Made by a program: the position numbers and the translations under genes. A stretch of DNA of 54,776 nt. Source: Candidatus Brocadiales bacterium. GTDB lineage: Bacteria; Planctomycetota; Brocadiia; Brocadiales; Bathyanammoxibiaceae. Below, piece by piece: positions 1 to 12,300 of the stretch (the stretch's first letter is position 1; each line of letters opens with the position of its first letter). The DNA lies in the NCBI GenBank assembly GCA_046758865.1, contig JBHIBD010000005.1:1-54776 (forward strand), given 5' to 3'. A model generated the notes under the pieces. It had not been told where the DNA came from. It saw only the letters and a program-made list of their open reading frames with translations, and searched no databases.

Positions 1-73
1 AACCCTAAGCCGAATCAATAAAGAACTGGAAGAAAAAAACATACAGCTAGAAAAGACAAATATAGCCGGGTAG
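1..73 (+). CDS. Possible 3' end of an upstream gene (partial, unknown product)
   Basis: Frame 2 is open from the window edge (TLSRINKELEEKNIQLEKTNIAG) to TAG at 71-73; too short to identify. Confidence 0.35.
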   Translation, partial: TLSRINKELEEKNIQLEKTNIAG

Positions 74-146
74 GTAATGGTCACACAATGACCTCACATT
101 AATTCATCTATATTCTACATTCTACATTTCCACTTCCGCTCTAGTG

Positions 147-175
147 TTGACGTGCCGTCGAGCAAAATGTACAAT
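147..175 (+). promoter_or_regulatory. Putative sigma70 promoter
   Basis: TTGACG-17 nt-TACAAT upstream of the tRNA cluster. Confidence 0.5.
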
Positions 176-304
176 ATTACCTTCAGGCGGCATAAACACG
201 CATTGTTTTACTGCAAGGTCTTGAGTTACCATCTAGACTACGCTTCACTGTATCTACCTGGTTACCATGTCTTGGAACGCTCTCGAAATTTTTTTTCCTT
301 CTTG

Positions 305-332
305 TTGCAAATGGTGTAAAAATTCCTATAAT
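305..332 (+). promoter_or_regulatory. Putative sigma70 promoter of the tRNA operon
   Basis: TTGCAA-16 nt-TATAAT, 15 nt before tRNA-Thr. Confidence 0.55.
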
Positions 333-347
333 AAGGACTTTTGAGAT

Positions 348-422
348 GCTAGCGTAGCTCAACGGCAGAGCAGCTGATTTGTAATCAGCAGGTTGTGGGT
401 TCAAGTCCCGCCGCTAGCTCCA
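348..422 (+). tRNA. tRNA-Thr(TGT)
   Basis: Acceptor GCTAGCG/CGCTAGC, anticodon arm GCTGA-TT-TGT-AA-TCAGC, GGTTCAAGTCC T-arm, encoded CCA. Confidence 0.97.
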
Positions 423-526
423 TTTTGTGTGGTAGACCTAAAAGTTCACATGTCATGCCTCGGGTCATGGGGGCCTTTTAAAGGGTTGAAAAGGCCTGCG
501 CCAGCGTAATAATTATTAGCGTGAGA

Positions 527-612
527 GGGGAGATTCCCGAGTGGCCAAAGGGGACAGACTGTAAATCTGTTGGCGTAGTCCTTCGGAGGTTCGAATCCTC
601 CTCTCCCCACCA
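527..612 (+). tRNA. tRNA-Tyr(GTA)
   Basis: GGGGAGA/TCTCCCC acceptor, CAGA-CT-GTA-AA-TCTG anticodon arm, long variable arm, CCA. Confidence 0.97.
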
Positions 613-615
613 TGT

Positions 616-686
616 GCGGGCGTAGCTCAATGGTAGAGCCCTAGCCTTCCAAGCTAGTTATGTGGGTTCGATTCCCATCGCCCGCT
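616..686 (+). tRNA. tRNA-Gly(TCC), CCA not encoded
   Basis: GCGGGCG/CGCCCGC acceptor, CTAGC-CT-TCC-AA-GCTAG anticodon arm, GGTTCGATTCC. Confidence 0.96.
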
Positions 687-690
687 ATGC

Positions 691-718
691 TTGACATTTT
701 TGAGAAAACTGGTATATT
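691..718 (+). promoter_or_regulatory. Putative sigma70 promoter for tRNA-Thr(GGT)-tuf
   Basis: TTGACA-16 nt-TATATT with TG extended -10. Confidence 0.6.
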
Positions 719-734
719 AAAACGTTTGGAACTT

Positions 735-809
735 GCTGCTGTGGCTCAGGGGTAGAGCACGTCCTTGGTAAGGACGAGGTCATGGGTTCAAATCCCATCA
801 GCAGCTCCA
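735..809 (+). tRNA. tRNA-Thr(GGT)
   Basis: GCTGCTG/CAGCAGC acceptor, CGTCC-TT-GGT-AA-GGACG anticodon arm, CCA. Confidence 0.97.
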
Positions 810-859
810 TACTTTCCTGTAATGACGCTGTGGGTTCTAGATTAAGGAGAGTGTAAGCT

Positions 860-2062
860 ATGGCAAAAGAAGTATTTAAGAGAACGAAGCCCCATATTAA
901 TGTTGGCACCATAGGTCACATAGACCATGGTAAAACTACCCTGACCTCTGTAATAACCCACATCCTGGCCAAACGTGGCATGGCCAAGGAGAGGCCCTTT
1001 GATTCCATTGACAGGGCCCCTGAGGAGAAGGAAAGAGGTATCACTATTGCTATAGCCCACGTAGAGTATGAAACGGACAAAAGGCACTATGCTCACGTCG
1101 ACTGTCCTGGGCATGCGGACTATGTAAAGAATATGATAACAGGGGCGGCCCAGATGGACGGCGCTATCTTGGTGGTGAGTGCCCCTGATGGCCCCATGCC
1201 CCAAACGCGCGAGCATATACTGCTGGCCAGGCAGGTCGGTGTGCCAGCCATGGTAGTATTTATGAACAAGGTAGATGCCCTAGAGGACAAGGAGCTGCAG
1301 GACCTGGTAGAGATGGAGGTGAGGGAACTTCTGAACAAGTATAAGTTCCCAGGGGACGATGTTCCAATTATAAGGGGTTCTGCCCTGGAGGCCAGCAGCT
1401 GTGGTTGCGCAAAAGAGGAGTGCCCCAAGTGTGGACCCATTTTTAAGCTTATGGATGCCGTGGACAGCTATATCCCAGAGCCTGTCAGGGCCGTCGATAA
1501 GCCGTTCATTATGTCTATAGAAGACGTCTTTAGCATAAAGGGCCGTGGTACGGTGGGCACCGGCAGGATAGAGCGTGGCATAGTCAAGGTGGGTGATGAG
1601 GTAGAGATAGTGGGGCTGTCTGATGAGACTAAAAAGACAGTAGTTACTGGCGTGGAGATGTTCAACAAGACTCTGGAGGAGGGACAGGCTGGGGATAATG
1701 TTGGCATCCTCTTGAGAGGCATAGACAAGGAGGACCTCGAGAGGGGGCAGGTGTTGGCCAAACCCGGTAGCATAACTCCCCACACCAACTTTGAAGGGGA
1801 GGTATACGTCCTCAGTAAAGAGGAAGGCGGTAGGCATACCCCGTTCTTCACGGGTTACAGACCCCAGTTTTACTTCAGGACCACCGATGTCACAGGAGTT
1901 GCCACACTGCCGAAGGGCACAGACATGGTCATGCCGGGGGACAACGTGCGACTAACGATAGAGCTCATTACCCCAATAGCGATGGAGGAGAACCTCAGAT
2001 TTGCAATCCGTGAGGGTGGCAGGACTGTAGGTGCTGGTGTGGTTACGAAGGTGTTGAAGTAG
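860..2062 (+). CDS. tuf: Elongation factor Tu
   Basis: [30 protein letters not shown] motifs; SD AAGGAG. Confidence 0.99.
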   Translation: MAKEVFKRTKPHINVGTIGHIDHGKTTLTSVITHILAKRGMAKERPFDSIDRAPEEKERGITIAIAHVEYETDKRHYAHVDCPGHADYVKNMITGAAQMDGAILVVSAPDGPMPQTREHILLARQVGVPAMVVFMNKVDALEDKELQDLVEMEVRELLNKYKFPGDDVPIIRGSALEASSCGCAKEECPKCGPIFKLMDAVDSYIPEPVRAVDKPFIMSIEDVFSIKGRGTVGTGRIERGIVKVGDEVEIVGLSDETKKTVVTGVEMFNKTLEEGQAGDNVGILLRGIDKEDLERGQVLAKPGSITPHTNFEGEVYVLSKEEGGRHTPFFTGYRPQFYFRTTDVTGVATLPKGTDMVMPGDNVRLTIELITPIAMEENLRFAIREGGRTVGAGVVTKVLK

Positions 2063-2072
2063 GCTCTTTGCG

Positions 2073-2222
2073 ATGCGCGATAGCATAACCCTTGTGTGTT
2101 TGGAATGTTCTAACAGGAACTACCGCACCACAAAGAAGGCCAGAGCAGCCAATCGCCTAGAGATTAAGAAGTATTGCCGGTTTTGCCGCAGGCATACAGC
2201 GCACAGGGAGCACAAAAAATAA
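2073..2222 (+). CDS. rpmG: 50S ribosomal protein L33, zinc-type (not in ORF track)
   Basis: Manual translation [22 protein letters not shown]...[19 protein letters not shown] (49 aa) in the tuf-rpmG-trpT-secE context. Confidence 0.95.
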   Translation: MRDSITLVCLECSNRNYRTTKKARAANRLEIKKYCRFCRRHTAHREHKK

Positions 2223-2228
2223 ATGTAT

Positions 2229-2305
2229 AGGTCCGTAGCTCTAATTGGTAGAGCACCGGACTCCAAATCCGGGTGTTGGGGGTTCGAATCCCTCCGGACC
2301 TGCCA
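2229..2305 (+). tRNA. tRNA-Trp(CCA)
   Basis: AGGTCCG/CGGACCT acceptor, CCGGA-CT-CCA-AA-TCCGG anticodon arm, CCA. Confidence 0.97.
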
Positions 2306-2320
2306 TTTAATAATAAAATT

Positions 2321-2779
2321 ATGGCTATGGAGGTGTACAAAAAGACTCAAGGGATTCATGCCAGGGTCTTTCTGGCCGCTGCGCTTGGTGCCTTAGCACT
2401 TTTCGCCTCTTATGCCATTTATGGGACATTTATAGAGCTTCCTAGGTTGTACCCGGGGGCAGAGGTGCCCCTAGTGGGGATAAAGCTGACCTGGGGTTTT
2501 GTGTCTGCGGCCGTATTTTTTCTTGTTTGTGTTGCCCTTATTGCCATATTCACTACTGGGTGTGAGACAGGGCTGAGAAGGCTGGACACGAACAGCAGGA
2601 AGACGGTGGAGTTCCTTATTGATACACAGGGTGAGCTTCAGAAGGTAGCTTGGCCCACCAGGCCGGAGCTTGTTGGTTCTACGGGAGTAGTAATAATTTT
2701 GCTTGTTATCTTGGGCGTGTACATCTTTGGGGTGGACTGGGTAATAACGAGGATAATGAAGTTTATAGGCTTTCTGTGA
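2321..2779 (+). CDS. secE: Preprotein translocase subunit SecE (long, multi-TM form)
   Basis: FLIDTQGELQKVAWPTRPEL motif plus C-terminal TM; start moved to ATG 2321 downstream of tRNA-Trp. Confidence 0.93.
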   Translation: MAMEVYKKTQGIHARVFLAAALGALALFASYAIYGTFIELPRLYPGAEVPLVGIKLTWGFVSAAVFFLVCVALIAIFTTGCETGLRRLDTNSRKTVEFLIDTQGELQKVAWPTRPELVGSTGVVIILLVILGVYIFGVDWVITRIMKFIGFL

Positions 2780-2914
2780 AGAGGATATTTTTCGAGTAGT
2801 AGCTGGCGTCAAGGTTACTGCTGCTCTGAAGCCTCGAATCTTTCCCCTTCCGTACAAATCTTCACGTAGAGTTTTTGCAGGGTAGAAGAAGGCTGTTCTT
2901 AAAGGTATGCTTTT

Positions 2915-3463
2915 ATGACAAAGAAGTGGTTTGTGTTAAGGGTTCAAAGTAATAGGGAAGAGAAGGTGAAAAATACCCTGGAAGAATCCGTAAGGGCTAG
3001 GGGTCTTGAGGATAAGGTCGCGAAGGTACTGGTACCTACGGAGAAGGTGTCTGAGATTAAGGGTGGAAAGAAAAGGATTGCCGAGAGAAAGATATATCCA
3101 GGCTACATTATGGCTGAGATAGAGGTGGATGAGCAGGGTAATATCCCTTCCGACGTGTGGTTTCTTATAAGGGAGACACCGGGCACAGGAGACTTTGTCG
3201 GGGGCAACAGGAAGCCCGTGCCCATGGCCGGCTACGAGGTGGAAAAGATGCTCACCGAGGTAGAGCGCAAGGAGGAAAAACCCAGGGCCAGGATACAGTT
3301 TAAGGAGGGAGACAGGGTAAGAATAAAAGAAGGACCTTTTGAGAACTTTGATGGTACGGTAGAAGAAATCCTTGAGGCCAGCGGCAGAGTGAGGATCATA
3401 CTTACCATCTTTGGTAGGGCGACCCCGGTGGAGCTTGAGTACTGGCAGGTGGAGACCGCTTGA
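2915..3463 (+). CDS. nusG: Transcription termination/antitermination factor NusG
   Basis: KWFVLRV, YPGYI, KOW region [21 protein letters not shown]. Confidence 0.98.
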   Translation: MTKKWFVLRVQSNREEKVKNTLEESVRARGLEDKVAKVLVPTEKVSEIKGGKKRIAERKIYPGYIMAEIEVDEQGNIPSDVWFLIRETPGTGDFVGGNRKPVPMAGYEVEKMLTEVERKEEKPRARIQFKEGDRVRIKEGPFENFDGTVEEILEASGRVRIILTIFGRATPVELEYWQVETA

Positions 3464-3464
3464 G

Positions 3465-3890
3465 ATGGCAAAAGAAGTTCTTGCGAAGATAAAGTTGCAG
3501 ATCCCAGGTGGACAGGCCACACCTGCGCCCCCTGTGGGGCCTGCTCTGGGGCAACACGGTGTTAACATCGGCCTTTTTGTCTCAAAATTCAACGAAAAGA
3601 CCAAAGACAATCAAGGCGTCATTACCCCTGTCGAGATTGCTGTATATAAGGATAAGAGCTTTGACTTTGTGCTGAAATCTCCACCAGCCGCGGTACTACT
3701 TAAGCAGGCGGCTGGGATAGCAAAGGGTTCAGGGACCCCCAATAGAGACAAGGTCGGCAGCGTTACCAGGGACCAGGTAATGGAGATAGCGAAGGCAAAG
3801 CTTAAGGACCTTAATACTGCGAGCCTGGAGCGGGCGGTGAAGATAGTTGAGGGCACCGCCAGGAGTATGGGTTTGGAGGTTGCTGGCTAG
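3465..3890 (+). CDS. rplK: 50S ribosomal protein L11
   Basis: [25 protein letters not shown]; ATG at 3465. Confidence 0.98.
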   Translation: MAKEVLAKIKLQIPGGQATPAPPVGPALGQHGVNIGLFVSKFNEKTKDNQGVITPVEIAVYKDKSFDFVLKSPPAAVLLKQAAGIAKGSGTPNRDKVGSVTRDQVMEIAKAKLKDLNTASLERAVKIVEGTARSMGLEVAG

Positions 3891-3894
3891 AAAG

Positions 3895-4581
3895 ATGACC
3901 GGAGGAAGTAAGAGGTACATCGAGTGTAAGAAGTTATACGATACCAGGAACAAATACCTGCTCAAGGAGGGTATCGAACTTTTGAAAAGCTTTCCAAAGA
4001 CCAAGTTCGATGAGAGCGTTGAAGTAGTGATGAAGTTGGGTATAGACCCGAAGCGTTCAGACCAGATGTTGAGGGGTTCTATCTCACTGCCAAAGGGGAT
4101 AGGGAAAGAGCTCAGGGTGGTGGTGTTTGCCAGGGGCGAGAAGGCCGAAGAGGCCAAAAAAGCTGGTGCCGTGGAGGCTGGTGCGGAGGAACTGATAAAG
4201 AAGATAGAGGGGGGATGGATGGACTTTGATGTGGCCATAGCAGCCCCAGAAATGATGCGGCAGATAGGCAAGCTTGGACGGCTGTTAGGTCCCCAGGGAA
4301 AGATGCCGTCGCCTAAGTCTGGGACAGTTACCGATAGTATAGGGGAGGCCGTAAAGGAATTCAAGGCCGGGAAGATAGAGTATAGGAATGATGCAGGTGG
4401 CAACGTCCACGCCCTGGCTGGAAAACTCTCGTTTAGTACAGAAGACCTTGTGGCAAATATAGAGTCGTTTGTAAGTCACATAGTGGCGTCTAAGCCAGCC
4501 TCTGCTAAGGGCACCTACGTGCAGAAGGTGACAATCTCCTCAACGATGAGCCCTGGCATTAACGTGGTGGTAGAGAGATAG
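3895..4581 (+). CDS. rplA: 50S ribosomal protein L1
   Basis: KFDESVE, LGPQGKMPSPKSGTV, STMSPG; ATG at 3895. Confidence 0.98.
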   Translation: MTGGSKRYIECKKLYDTRNKYLLKEGIELLKSFPKTKFDESVEVVMKLGIDPKRSDQMLRGSISLPKGIGKELRVVVFARGEKAEEAKKAGAVEAGAEELIKKIEGGWMDFDVAIAAPEMMRQIGKLGRLLGPQGKMPSPKSGTVTDSIGEAVKEFKAGKIEYRNDAGGNVHALAGKLSFSTEDLVANIESFVSHIVASKPASAKGTYVQKVTISSTMSPGINVVVER

Positions 4582-4582
4582 C

Positions 4583-5113
4583 GTGATAAATACGGTAAAT
4601 ACACTGATTGTAAAAGAATTGGCCTCAAGATATCAAGTGGTGCATAATTGCTTGGTTGTGAATTGTCAAGGCGTAGATGCGCTGGAGGCCAATGAGATCA
4701 GGAGAGACCTTAGTGCAAAGAGGATACACCTCGAGGTGGTAAAGAATTCGCTTGCGAGATTGGCCTTTAAGGAGGTGGGTGATGGGGGCCTAGCCGAACT
4801 CTTTAGTGGTCCCTCGGCCATAGTTAGCGGGGGTGATGACCCGGTGGTGATGGCCAAGACACTTATGGAGTGGAGTAAGAAGGTTCCGGCCTTGAGTATA
4901 AAAGGCGGTTTTGTGGAGGGACGTCTGGTCTCTGCACCCGAGGTGGAGCGGCTTTCCAGGCTTCCATCCAGGCAGGCGCTTTACGCACAGATTGCGACGC
5001 TTATCAAATCGCCTATGGCGAGGTTGGCTATGGCGGTATCAGCACCGTTACAGAAACTGTATGGTGTGTTTAACGCCACAAAGGAAAAGAAGGGAAAAGA
5101 AAGTCCTAATTAA
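4583..5113 (+). CDS. rplJ: 50S ribosomal protein L10
   Basis: VVKNSLARLA, LSRLPSR; position between rplA and rplL; GTG start. Confidence 0.93.
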   Translation: MINTVNTLIVKELASRYQVVHNCLVVNCQGVDALEANEIRRDLSAKRIHLEVVKNSLARLAFKEVGDGGLAELFSGPSAIVSGGDDPVVMAKTLMEWSKKVPALSIKGGFVEGRLVSAPEVERLSRLPSRQALYAQIATLIKSPMARLAMAVSAPLQKLYGVFNATKEKKGKESPN

Positions 5114-5132
5114 GATGGGAGGTTAAAGAGAA

Positions 5133-5585
5133 ATGTCTGCCAAGACCGTTAAAACAGAGGGCACAGCCACCGCAGAAGAAGCCCCGACTACCTATTCTGA
5201 AAAGATTAACGAGATATTGGGGTTGGTAGAGGGCCTTACGCTAATGGAGGCTTCTGAGCTGGTGAAGGCCTTTGAGGAGAAATTTGGTGTAACAGCTATG
5301 GCCGCTGCGCCTGTTGCAGTGGCTGGTGCTCCGGTGGGAGGCGCTGCTGAGGCCGCCGCTCCTGCAGAGGAAAAGACCTCCTTTGATGTGATTCTTAAGG
5401 CCGCAGGGCCAAACAAGATTCAGGTCATAAAGGTGGTCAGGGTACACACAACCTTGGGCCTAAAGGAGGCAAAGACCTTGGTAGATGAGGCACCGAAGCC
5501 TATCAGGGAGGGCGTTTCTAAAGAAGACGCCGATAAGATGAAGAAAGAGCTTGAAGATGCCGGAGCCACCGTCGAGATAAGATAA
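5133..5585 (+). CDS. rplL: 50S ribosomal protein L7/L12
   Basis: EEKFGV, Ala-rich hinge, [16 protein letters not shown]. Confidence 0.98.
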   Translation: MSAKTVKTEGTATAEEAPTTYSEKINEILGLVEGLTLMEASELVKAFEEKFGVTAMAAAPVAVAGAPVGGAAEAAAPAEEKTSFDVILKAAGPNKIQVIKVVRVHTTLGLKEAKTLVDEAPKPIREGVSKEDADKMKKELEDAGATVEIR

Positions 5586-5625
5586 GACTCGGTCTTGTAA
5601 TAAAGAAGTTTCTGGAGGATAGGTT

Positions 5626-8600
5626 ATGATGGAAGTTCGTGATTATGGAAAGGTCAAAGAGGTAGTAGAGGTTCCTAGCCTCACCCAGATCCAGACCAAG
5701 GCATACATGAAGTTCTTGCAGGCCGATGTCCCCGCCTCAAGAAGGCAGAACAAGGGGCTGGAGTCCATACTCAGGGAGATATTCCCCATCAAGAGCTACG
5801 ACGATAAGGTGACACTTGAGTATGTCAAGTACGAATTAGGCAAACCCAGATATAGCCCGGAGGAGTGTCAGCAACTCCGTCTTACATATGGACGGCCATT
5901 CAGGCTACGGCTCCGTCTCACCTTTGAGGAAAGAGGAGAGAGCGTAGAGGAGGAGGTTTATGTGGGCGAGATGCCGGTTATGATTGGGGGTGGGGAGTTC
6001 ATTATAAACGGCACCGATAGGGTCATAGTGACACAACTCCATCGCTCACCGGGTGTAGACTTTCTGGAGGAGGTACAGGCCGAAAAGAGGCGGCACTCCT
6101 GCAGAATAATACCTGAGAGAGGAAGCTGGGTAGAGATAGAGGTTGGCAAGAAGGATGTGCTTAATGTACGCATAGACCAGAGCGGCCGATTCCCTGCCAC
6201 CTGCTTCTTGAGAGCGATGGGAGAGGAATTCTCCAGAAATGAAGACATAATCCGACTCTTTTATGAGACAGAGACGGTTAAGCTCACTAGCGCCTCCAGA
6301 CTAAAGCAAAGTTACTCTGCCCAGACGGTGTTCGATCCCAAGACAGGCGAGGTTGTGCTGAAGGCAGGTGCCCTTATAACTGAGCCCACTATTGACACCC
6401 TGCTCAAGTTGGGTCAAAAAGAGGTGGAAATAGTAAAGAATGTGGAGGACCCGCTGATACTCAATTCGCTAGAAGACGATAAGGCTGGTTCGCACGAGGA
6501 GGCTTTGCTCAAGCTGTATGCCAGATTCAGACCAGGCAATCCACAGCAGCTTGACAAGGCAAAACAGCTCTTTTACGACAAATTCTTTGACCCGAAAAGG
6601 TACAGGCTCGGCTCGGTGGGCAGGTTCCGACTGAACCGAAAATTTGCTCAAGATATCAACGAAAAAGAGATGACCCTGCAGAAGGAGGATATAGTCAACT
6701 CCATCAGATACATCATGAAGCTGCGCAAGGGCGAGGGTGCAGCTGTAGATGACATTGACCATCTGGGCAACCGCCGTCTGCGGACCATCGATGAACTAGT
6801 GGGAGAGGAGCTCCGTAGGGGTTTTCTCAGACTGCGGAGGACAGTTCAGGAGAGAATGAGCGGTAAGGAGCATGAGCATCTTACCCCCAGGGTATTAATT
6901 AACTCCAAGACTATTATGTCCACCATAGACTATTTCTTCAGTCGTGGTGAGCTGTCTCAGGTTTTGGACCAGACCAACCCGCTAGCACAACTTACTCACG
7001 AGAGGCGGCTGAGCGCCCTGGGTCCAGGCGGGCTTAACCGTAAGAGGGCCGGGTTCGAGGTAAGGGATGTACATCTATCCCACTACGGCAGGATATGCCC
7101 TATCGAAACCCCCGAGGGCACCAATATCGGTCTTATTGCATCTCTAAGTATATATGCCACTGTGGATGATTACGGATTCGTGGTTACACCGTATCAGAGG
7201 GTTAAAAACGGCAGAATAACAGGCGATGTAGAATATCTCAGGGCTGACGAGGAAGAGGGTAAGTACCTGGCACCTATGGATGTCCTAATCGGCTCAAATG
7301 GAAAACGGGGTGAGTTGGCTAAAGAGGTGCTCTCAAGATACAATGGGGACTTCTGTGTGACAGAACCCTTAAAGGTGAATTATATAGACGTATCACCCAA
7401 GCAGTTGGTAGGCGTATCAGCCAGTTTGATCCCCTTCCTTGAACACAGTGACGCAAACCGGGCGCTTATGGGTTCTAACATGCAGCGCCAGGCGGTACCA
7501 CTGCTAAGAACCGAGCCGCCTACTGTGGCTACAGGGATGGAGAAAGTGGTGGCACGGAACTCTAACATGGTGGTATGTGCCCAGAAGTCCGGCACTGTTA
7601 CAAAAGTGGATGCCTCGAGTATAGTTATCGACGACCGCGATGAATATCATCTTAGGAAGTTTGTAGGGTCCAACGAAGGTACCTGTCTCAATCAGAGACC
7701 CATAGTCAGAGAAGGCCAGACGGTAAAGAAGGGGCAGGTGATAGCCGACGGCGCAGCTACTAGCAATGGCGAGTTAAGTCTGGGGCGCGACGTGCTGGTG
7801 GCTTTCCTGGCCTGGGACGGCTATAACTTTGAGGATGCCATAGTTGTGAGTGAGAAACTTTTAAAGGAGGACTTATTTACCTCCATACACAGGGAGGAGT
7901 TTGAGGCTGAAATCAGAGAGACAAAGTTAGGGCGAGAGGAGTTTACAAGGGATATACCAAACGTCTCGGAGAGGGCCCTGAAGAACTTGGACGAGCATGG
8001 AATAGTCTTAGAGGGGACCAAAGTTGGGCCTAACGACGTATTAGTGGGCAAGATAGCCCCAAAGAGTCGGAGCGAACTATCTCCTGAGGAAAAACTCCTT
8101 TATGCAATCTTTGGGCGTGCTGGTGAAGACGTGAGAAACGAGTCATTAGAGGTACCCTCTGGTGTAGATGGTACGGTGATAAGCACTCAGAGATTCTCTC
8201 GAAGGGCCTATCTCTCGGAGGATGAGAGAAAGAAAATCAACCAGCAGATTAGCGACATAGAGGCTAAATACGGCAGGGAGATTTCCAGGCAATTTATTGC
8301 CATGATTCAGGCCCTCCAGAAAGAGGTAAAGGAACCCCTGATAGACAGTCAGACGTTGCAGGAATTTGTTGTGCGCACAGGCATGCCCTCGAAGAAGGTC
8401 TTGGAGCTTGAAGAGGCCTTTAATGTTGAGAACATCCGTTTCTCCAGCAAGAAGGTGAGAGACACAGCTGTGTCCGTTTGCCTACCCTTTCTTGAGAAAA
8501 TAGAATCCCTTAAGGACGAGAGGGATAGGAAGGTAAACCAGTTGAAGAGAGGCGATGAACTTCCTAGTGGAGTGTTAGAGGTTGCCAAGGTATCCCTGGC

Positions 8601-9309
8601 TACCGAGAGAAAGTTGTCTGTAGGCGACAAGATAGCAGGAAGGCATGGTAACAAGGGTGTTATTGCCAAGATATTACTCGAGGAGGATATGCCTTTCCTT
8701 GAAGATGGCACGCCGGTGGAGATACTCCTAAATCCTCTAGGTGTCCCATCCAGGATGAACGTGGGGCAGATATTAGAGACCCATCTGGGCTGGGCTGCCA
8801 GGTGTTTGGGTTTCCAGGCCATTACACCTGTCTTTGAGGGTGCCAAGGAAGACGAGATTAAGGATTCCTTGAAGGAGGCCGGTCTGCCCGTGGACGGAAA
8901 GGTTACTCTGTACGACGGCCGTACGGGCGAGCCCTTTGGGCAGAAGGTAAGTGTTGGATATATGTACATGATGAAACTCCATCACCTGGTCGACGACAAG
9001 GTCCACGCCCGTGCCACGGGTCCATACTCCCTGATAACACAGCAGCCCCTAGGAGGAAAGGCCCGCTTCGGTGGTCAGAGGTTTGGTGAGATGGAGGTCT
9101 GGGCCCTGGAGGCATATGGTGCGGCCTACAATCTGCAGGAACTTCTTACTGTTAAGAGTGATGACGTAGAGGGTAGGACGAAGATATACGAGTCTATGGT
9201 AAAGGGGGAGAACTGCCTGGAGGCCGGTACCCCAGCCTCATTTGAGGTGCTTTCAAAGGAGGTACAAGGGCTCTGCCTCAATCTGCATTTGGAAAAGAAG
9301 GGGTTATAA
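5626..9309 (+). CDS. rpoB: RNA polymerase beta subunit
   Basis: [34 protein letters not shown]. Confidence 0.99.
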   Translation: MMEVRDYGKVKEVVEVPSLTQIQTKAYMKFLQADVPASRRQNKGLESILREIFPIKSYDDKVTLEYVKYELGKPRYSPEECQQLRLTYGRPFRLRLRLTFEERGESVEEEVYVGEMPVMIGGGEFIINGTDRVIVTQLHRSPGVDFLEEVQAEKRRHSCRIIPERGSWVEIEVGKKDVLNVRIDQSGRFPATCFLRAMGEEFSRNEDIIRLFYETETVKLTSASRLKQSYSAQTVFDPKTGEVVLKAGALITEPTIDTLLKLGQKEVEIVKNVEDPLILNSLEDDKAGSHEEALLKLYARFRPGNPQQLDKAKQLFYDKFFDPKRYRLGSVGRFRLNRKFAQDINEKEMTLQKEDIVNSIRYIMKLRKGEGAAVDDIDHLGNRRLRTIDELVGEELRRGFLRLRRTVQERMSGKEHEHLTPRVLINSKTIMSTIDYFFSRGELSQVLDQTNPLAQLTHERRLSALGPGGLNRKRAGFEVRDVHLSHYGRICPIETPEGTNIGLIASLSIYATVDDYGFVVTPYQRVKNGRITGDVEYLRADEEEGKYLAPMDVLIGSNGKRGELAKEVLSRYNGDFCVTEPLKVNYIDVSPKQLVGVSASLIPFLEHSDANRALMGSNMQRQAVPLLRTEPPTVATGMEKVVARNSNMVVCAQKSGTVTKVDASSIVIDDRDEYHLRKFVGSNEGTCLNQRPIVREGQTVKKGQVIADGAATSNGELSLGRDVLVAFLAWDGYNFEDAIVVSEKLLKEDLFTSIHREEFEAEIRETKLGREEFTRDIPNVSERALKNLDEHGIVLEGTKVGPNDVLVGKIAPKSRSELSPEEKLLYAIFGRAGEDVRNESLEVPSGVDGTVISTQRFSRRAYLSEDERKKINQQISDIEAKYGREISRQFIAMIQALQKEVKEPLIDSQTLQEFVVRTGMPSKKVLELEEAFNVENIRFSSKKVRDTAVSVCLPFLEKIESLKDERDRKVNQLKRGDELPSGVLEVAKVSLATERKLSVGDKIAGRHGNKGVIAKILLEEDMPFLEDGTPVEILLNPLGVPSRMNVGQILETHLGWAARCLGFQAITPVFEGAKEDEIKDSLKEAGLPVDGKVTLYDGRTGEPFGQKVSVGYMYMMKLHHLVDDKVHARATGPYSLITQQPLGGKARFGGQRFGEMEVWALEAYGAAYNLQELLTVKSDDVEGRTKIYESMVKGENCLEAGTPASFEVLSKEVQGLCLNLHLEKKGL

Positions 9310-9330
9310 AACACAAAAGAGAGGTACAGG

Positions 9331-12300
9331 ATGGAAGCTTTATTTGAAAAGATTAACGAATACAACGCTGTAGATATACTTCTAGCCTCTCCTGAAGACA
9401 TAAGGAGTTGGTCTTATGGAGAGGTGAAGAAACCAGAGACAGTTAACTACCGTACGTACAGGCCCGAAAAGGATGGACTTTTTTGCGAACGTATCTTCGG
9501 GCCAGAGCGTAACTGGGAGTGTTTCTGTGGTAAGTACAGGGGGATAAAGCACAAGGGCATCGTCTGTGACCGCTGTGGGGTAAAAATAACGCACTCACGG
9601 GAAAGAAGGAAAAGGATGGGCCATATCACCCTGGCTGCCCCTGTAATCCATATATGGTTCTTCAAAGCTATGCCCTCGAGACTGGGCACGATACTGGGAA
9701 TGAAGACAACCAGCCTCGAGAGGGTCGTTTACTTTCAGGACTATGTAGTAATCGACCCTGGCAACACCCCACTTAGTGAGTGCCAGCTACTCAGCGAAGA
9801 GGAGTACAGGGATTGTCAAGAGAAGTACGGTGAACACAGTTTTAAGGCCGGAATGGGTGCGGAGGCCATCAAGGTCCTCCTTCAAAAATTAGACCTATCC
9901 AAGCTCTCCAAGGAGCTTCGCGGAGAACTAGCCAAGACTGCCTCTCGTCAGCGCCAGAGGGAGATAGTCAGGCGCCTGGAGTTAGTGGAGGCCGTGAGGG
10001 ATTCAGGTAACAAGCCTGAATGGATGGTGCTGACAGTTGTCCCAGTGATACCCCCGGACCTAAGACCTTTAGTGCTATTGGAGAGCGGCAATTTTGCCAC
10101 ATCAGACCTGAACGACCTCTATCGCAGGGTTATAAACCGCAACAATCGTCTGAAAAAGCTGCTGGACCTTAATGCACCAGAGGTAATAATCCGCAATGAA
10201 AAAAGGATGCTCCAGCAGGCCGTGGACGCCCTGTTCGATAACGAGAGGTCCAAGCGTCCCGTCTTGGGCAGCAATAATAGACCGCTAAAATCCTTGACTG
10301 ATATGATTAAGGGCAAGCAGGGCCGCTTCAGGGAAAACCTCTTGGGCAAGCGGGTTGATTACTCGGCCCGTTCCGTGATAGTGGTGGGTCCGGAGCTGAG
10401 ACTGCACCAGGTAGGACTTCCCAAGAAGATAGCTCTCGAGCTGTTTCAGCCCTTCATAATTCGGCGCCTGAAAGAGATGGGACAGGCCGATACGATAAAG
10501 AGTGCCAAGAGGATACTTAGTAAGAGGGAGGAAATCGTCTGGGATATCCTCGAGGAAGTGGTGCGCCGCCACCCAGTACTCCTAAACCGAGCACCAACAC
10601 TTCACAGGATCGGCATCCAGGCCTTTGAGCCAGTTCTGGTAGAGGGTAATGCCATAAAACTTCACCCCTTGGTTTGTAAGGGGTTTAATGCCGACTTCGA
10701 TGGTGACCAGATGGCAGTCCATCTGCCGCTATCCTACGAGGCCCAGATAGAGGCCATAACGCTGATGCTGTCCACCAACAATATATTCTCCCCGGCCTCT
10801 GGAGACCCCATCATAACGCCCTCGCAGGATATAGTCCTCGGTTGTTTCTATCTTACCTATTGGGTAGAGGAATGGGAACAAGAGGGAAACGGGCGGAAGA
10901 TGACATTTTCGTCCATGGATGAGGTTCTGCTGGCACATGCCGAGAATAAGGTCAAGGTGCACACCCAAATAATGTTAAGGCAGCCGAAAGAGAAAAAGGT
11001 TATAGGTATGGCTGGCGCCAAGGAACCTAAAAATGGGTTGCTTGAGACCACCGTGGGCCGAGTAATCTTCAACAGCATATTGCCTGATACACTTCCTTTT
11101 TATAATTTTAATCTCAACCAGAGGGGTTTAAACGGGATTATACAGGACTGCTACAGGCTACTTGGCAGGGAGCAGACAATCGAGCTCTTAGACGCCATCA
11201 AAAACCTTGGATTTAAAGAGTGTACAAAGGCAGGGTTATCTCTGGCCGCGAGTGATTTGAAGATGCCCAAAAAGAAGCAGGAGATAATAGCTAAGACCGA
11301 GGCGGAAGTGGAAAAGATCCAGAGGTTTTATCGTAAGGGTTCTATCACAGAGGGTGAGCGGTACAATCAGGTGATAGATTGCTGGACCGATGCGGGCAAT
11401 ACTGTGGCCGAGGAGATGTTGTGGGAATTGGAAAGCGATATTCGAGATGGCAAGCGATATCTTAACCCGGTGTTTCTCATGACGGCCTCAGGTGCAAGGG
11501 GAAGCACACAACAGATTCGCCAATTGGCTGGCATGAGAGGTCTTATGGCGAAGCCATCTGGCCGTATCATCGAGACACCTATAAAGTCCAACTTCAGAGA
11601 AGGCCTCGGAGTACTAGAATACTTCAGCTCCACACATGGCGCCAGGAAAGGTCTTGCAGACACTGCACTTAAGACGGCAGATAGCGGCTACCTTACCAGG
11701 AAACTGGCCGATGTTGCTCAAAACGTTGTCATAACCGGTGAGGACTGTGGGACCCTGGGAGGCATTACCAAGAGTGCTGTTTATCGCGGAGAGAAGGTAG
11801 AGGTGCCCCTCAGCAGGGTAATAGCAGGAAGAGTTGCTAGGAACAACATAGTCGATTTGGTAAAGGATGAGGTGATTGTAAAAGAAAATGGGCTTATCGA
11901 CGAAGATAAGGCAAAACGTATAGAGGCTCTAGGTTACGAGAAGATACGTATCCGTTCGCCACTAATGTGCGAGATGCCTCTGGGTGTGTGTGCCAAGTGT
12001 TACGGTATGGACCTCTCTAGGGGCAAACAGGTGGAGGATGGTATGGCCGCGGGTATAATTGCTGCCCAGTCTATAGGGGAGCCAGGTACCCAGCTTACCA
12101 TGAGGACGTTCCACATAGGTGGCACGGCTGCCCGCTCTGTTGGGGAGTCCGAGGTAATGGCCAAGCGAACTGGTCACGTTCAATTTGGTCCTAACCTAAA
12201 AGTAGTGAAAAATCCTCGGGGCCAGTTAGCTTCTCTGGTGGCCAATGGGGAACTCTTGCTTGTGGACGACAAGGGCAGGCAAATCGACCGATATGTAATT

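Noticed and set aside
616-686. tRNA-Gly lacking encoded CCA as a pseudogene or integration scar
   Set aside because: The cloverleaf is intact, CCA can be added enzymatically, and no duplicated 3' end or integrase is seen
183-912. Minus-strand ORFs 183-404 and 685-912
   Set aside because: Antisense shadows of tRNA genes
2273-2320. N-terminal extension of the secE ORF
   Set aside because: Overlaps tRNA-Trp; ATG 2321 is the plausible start
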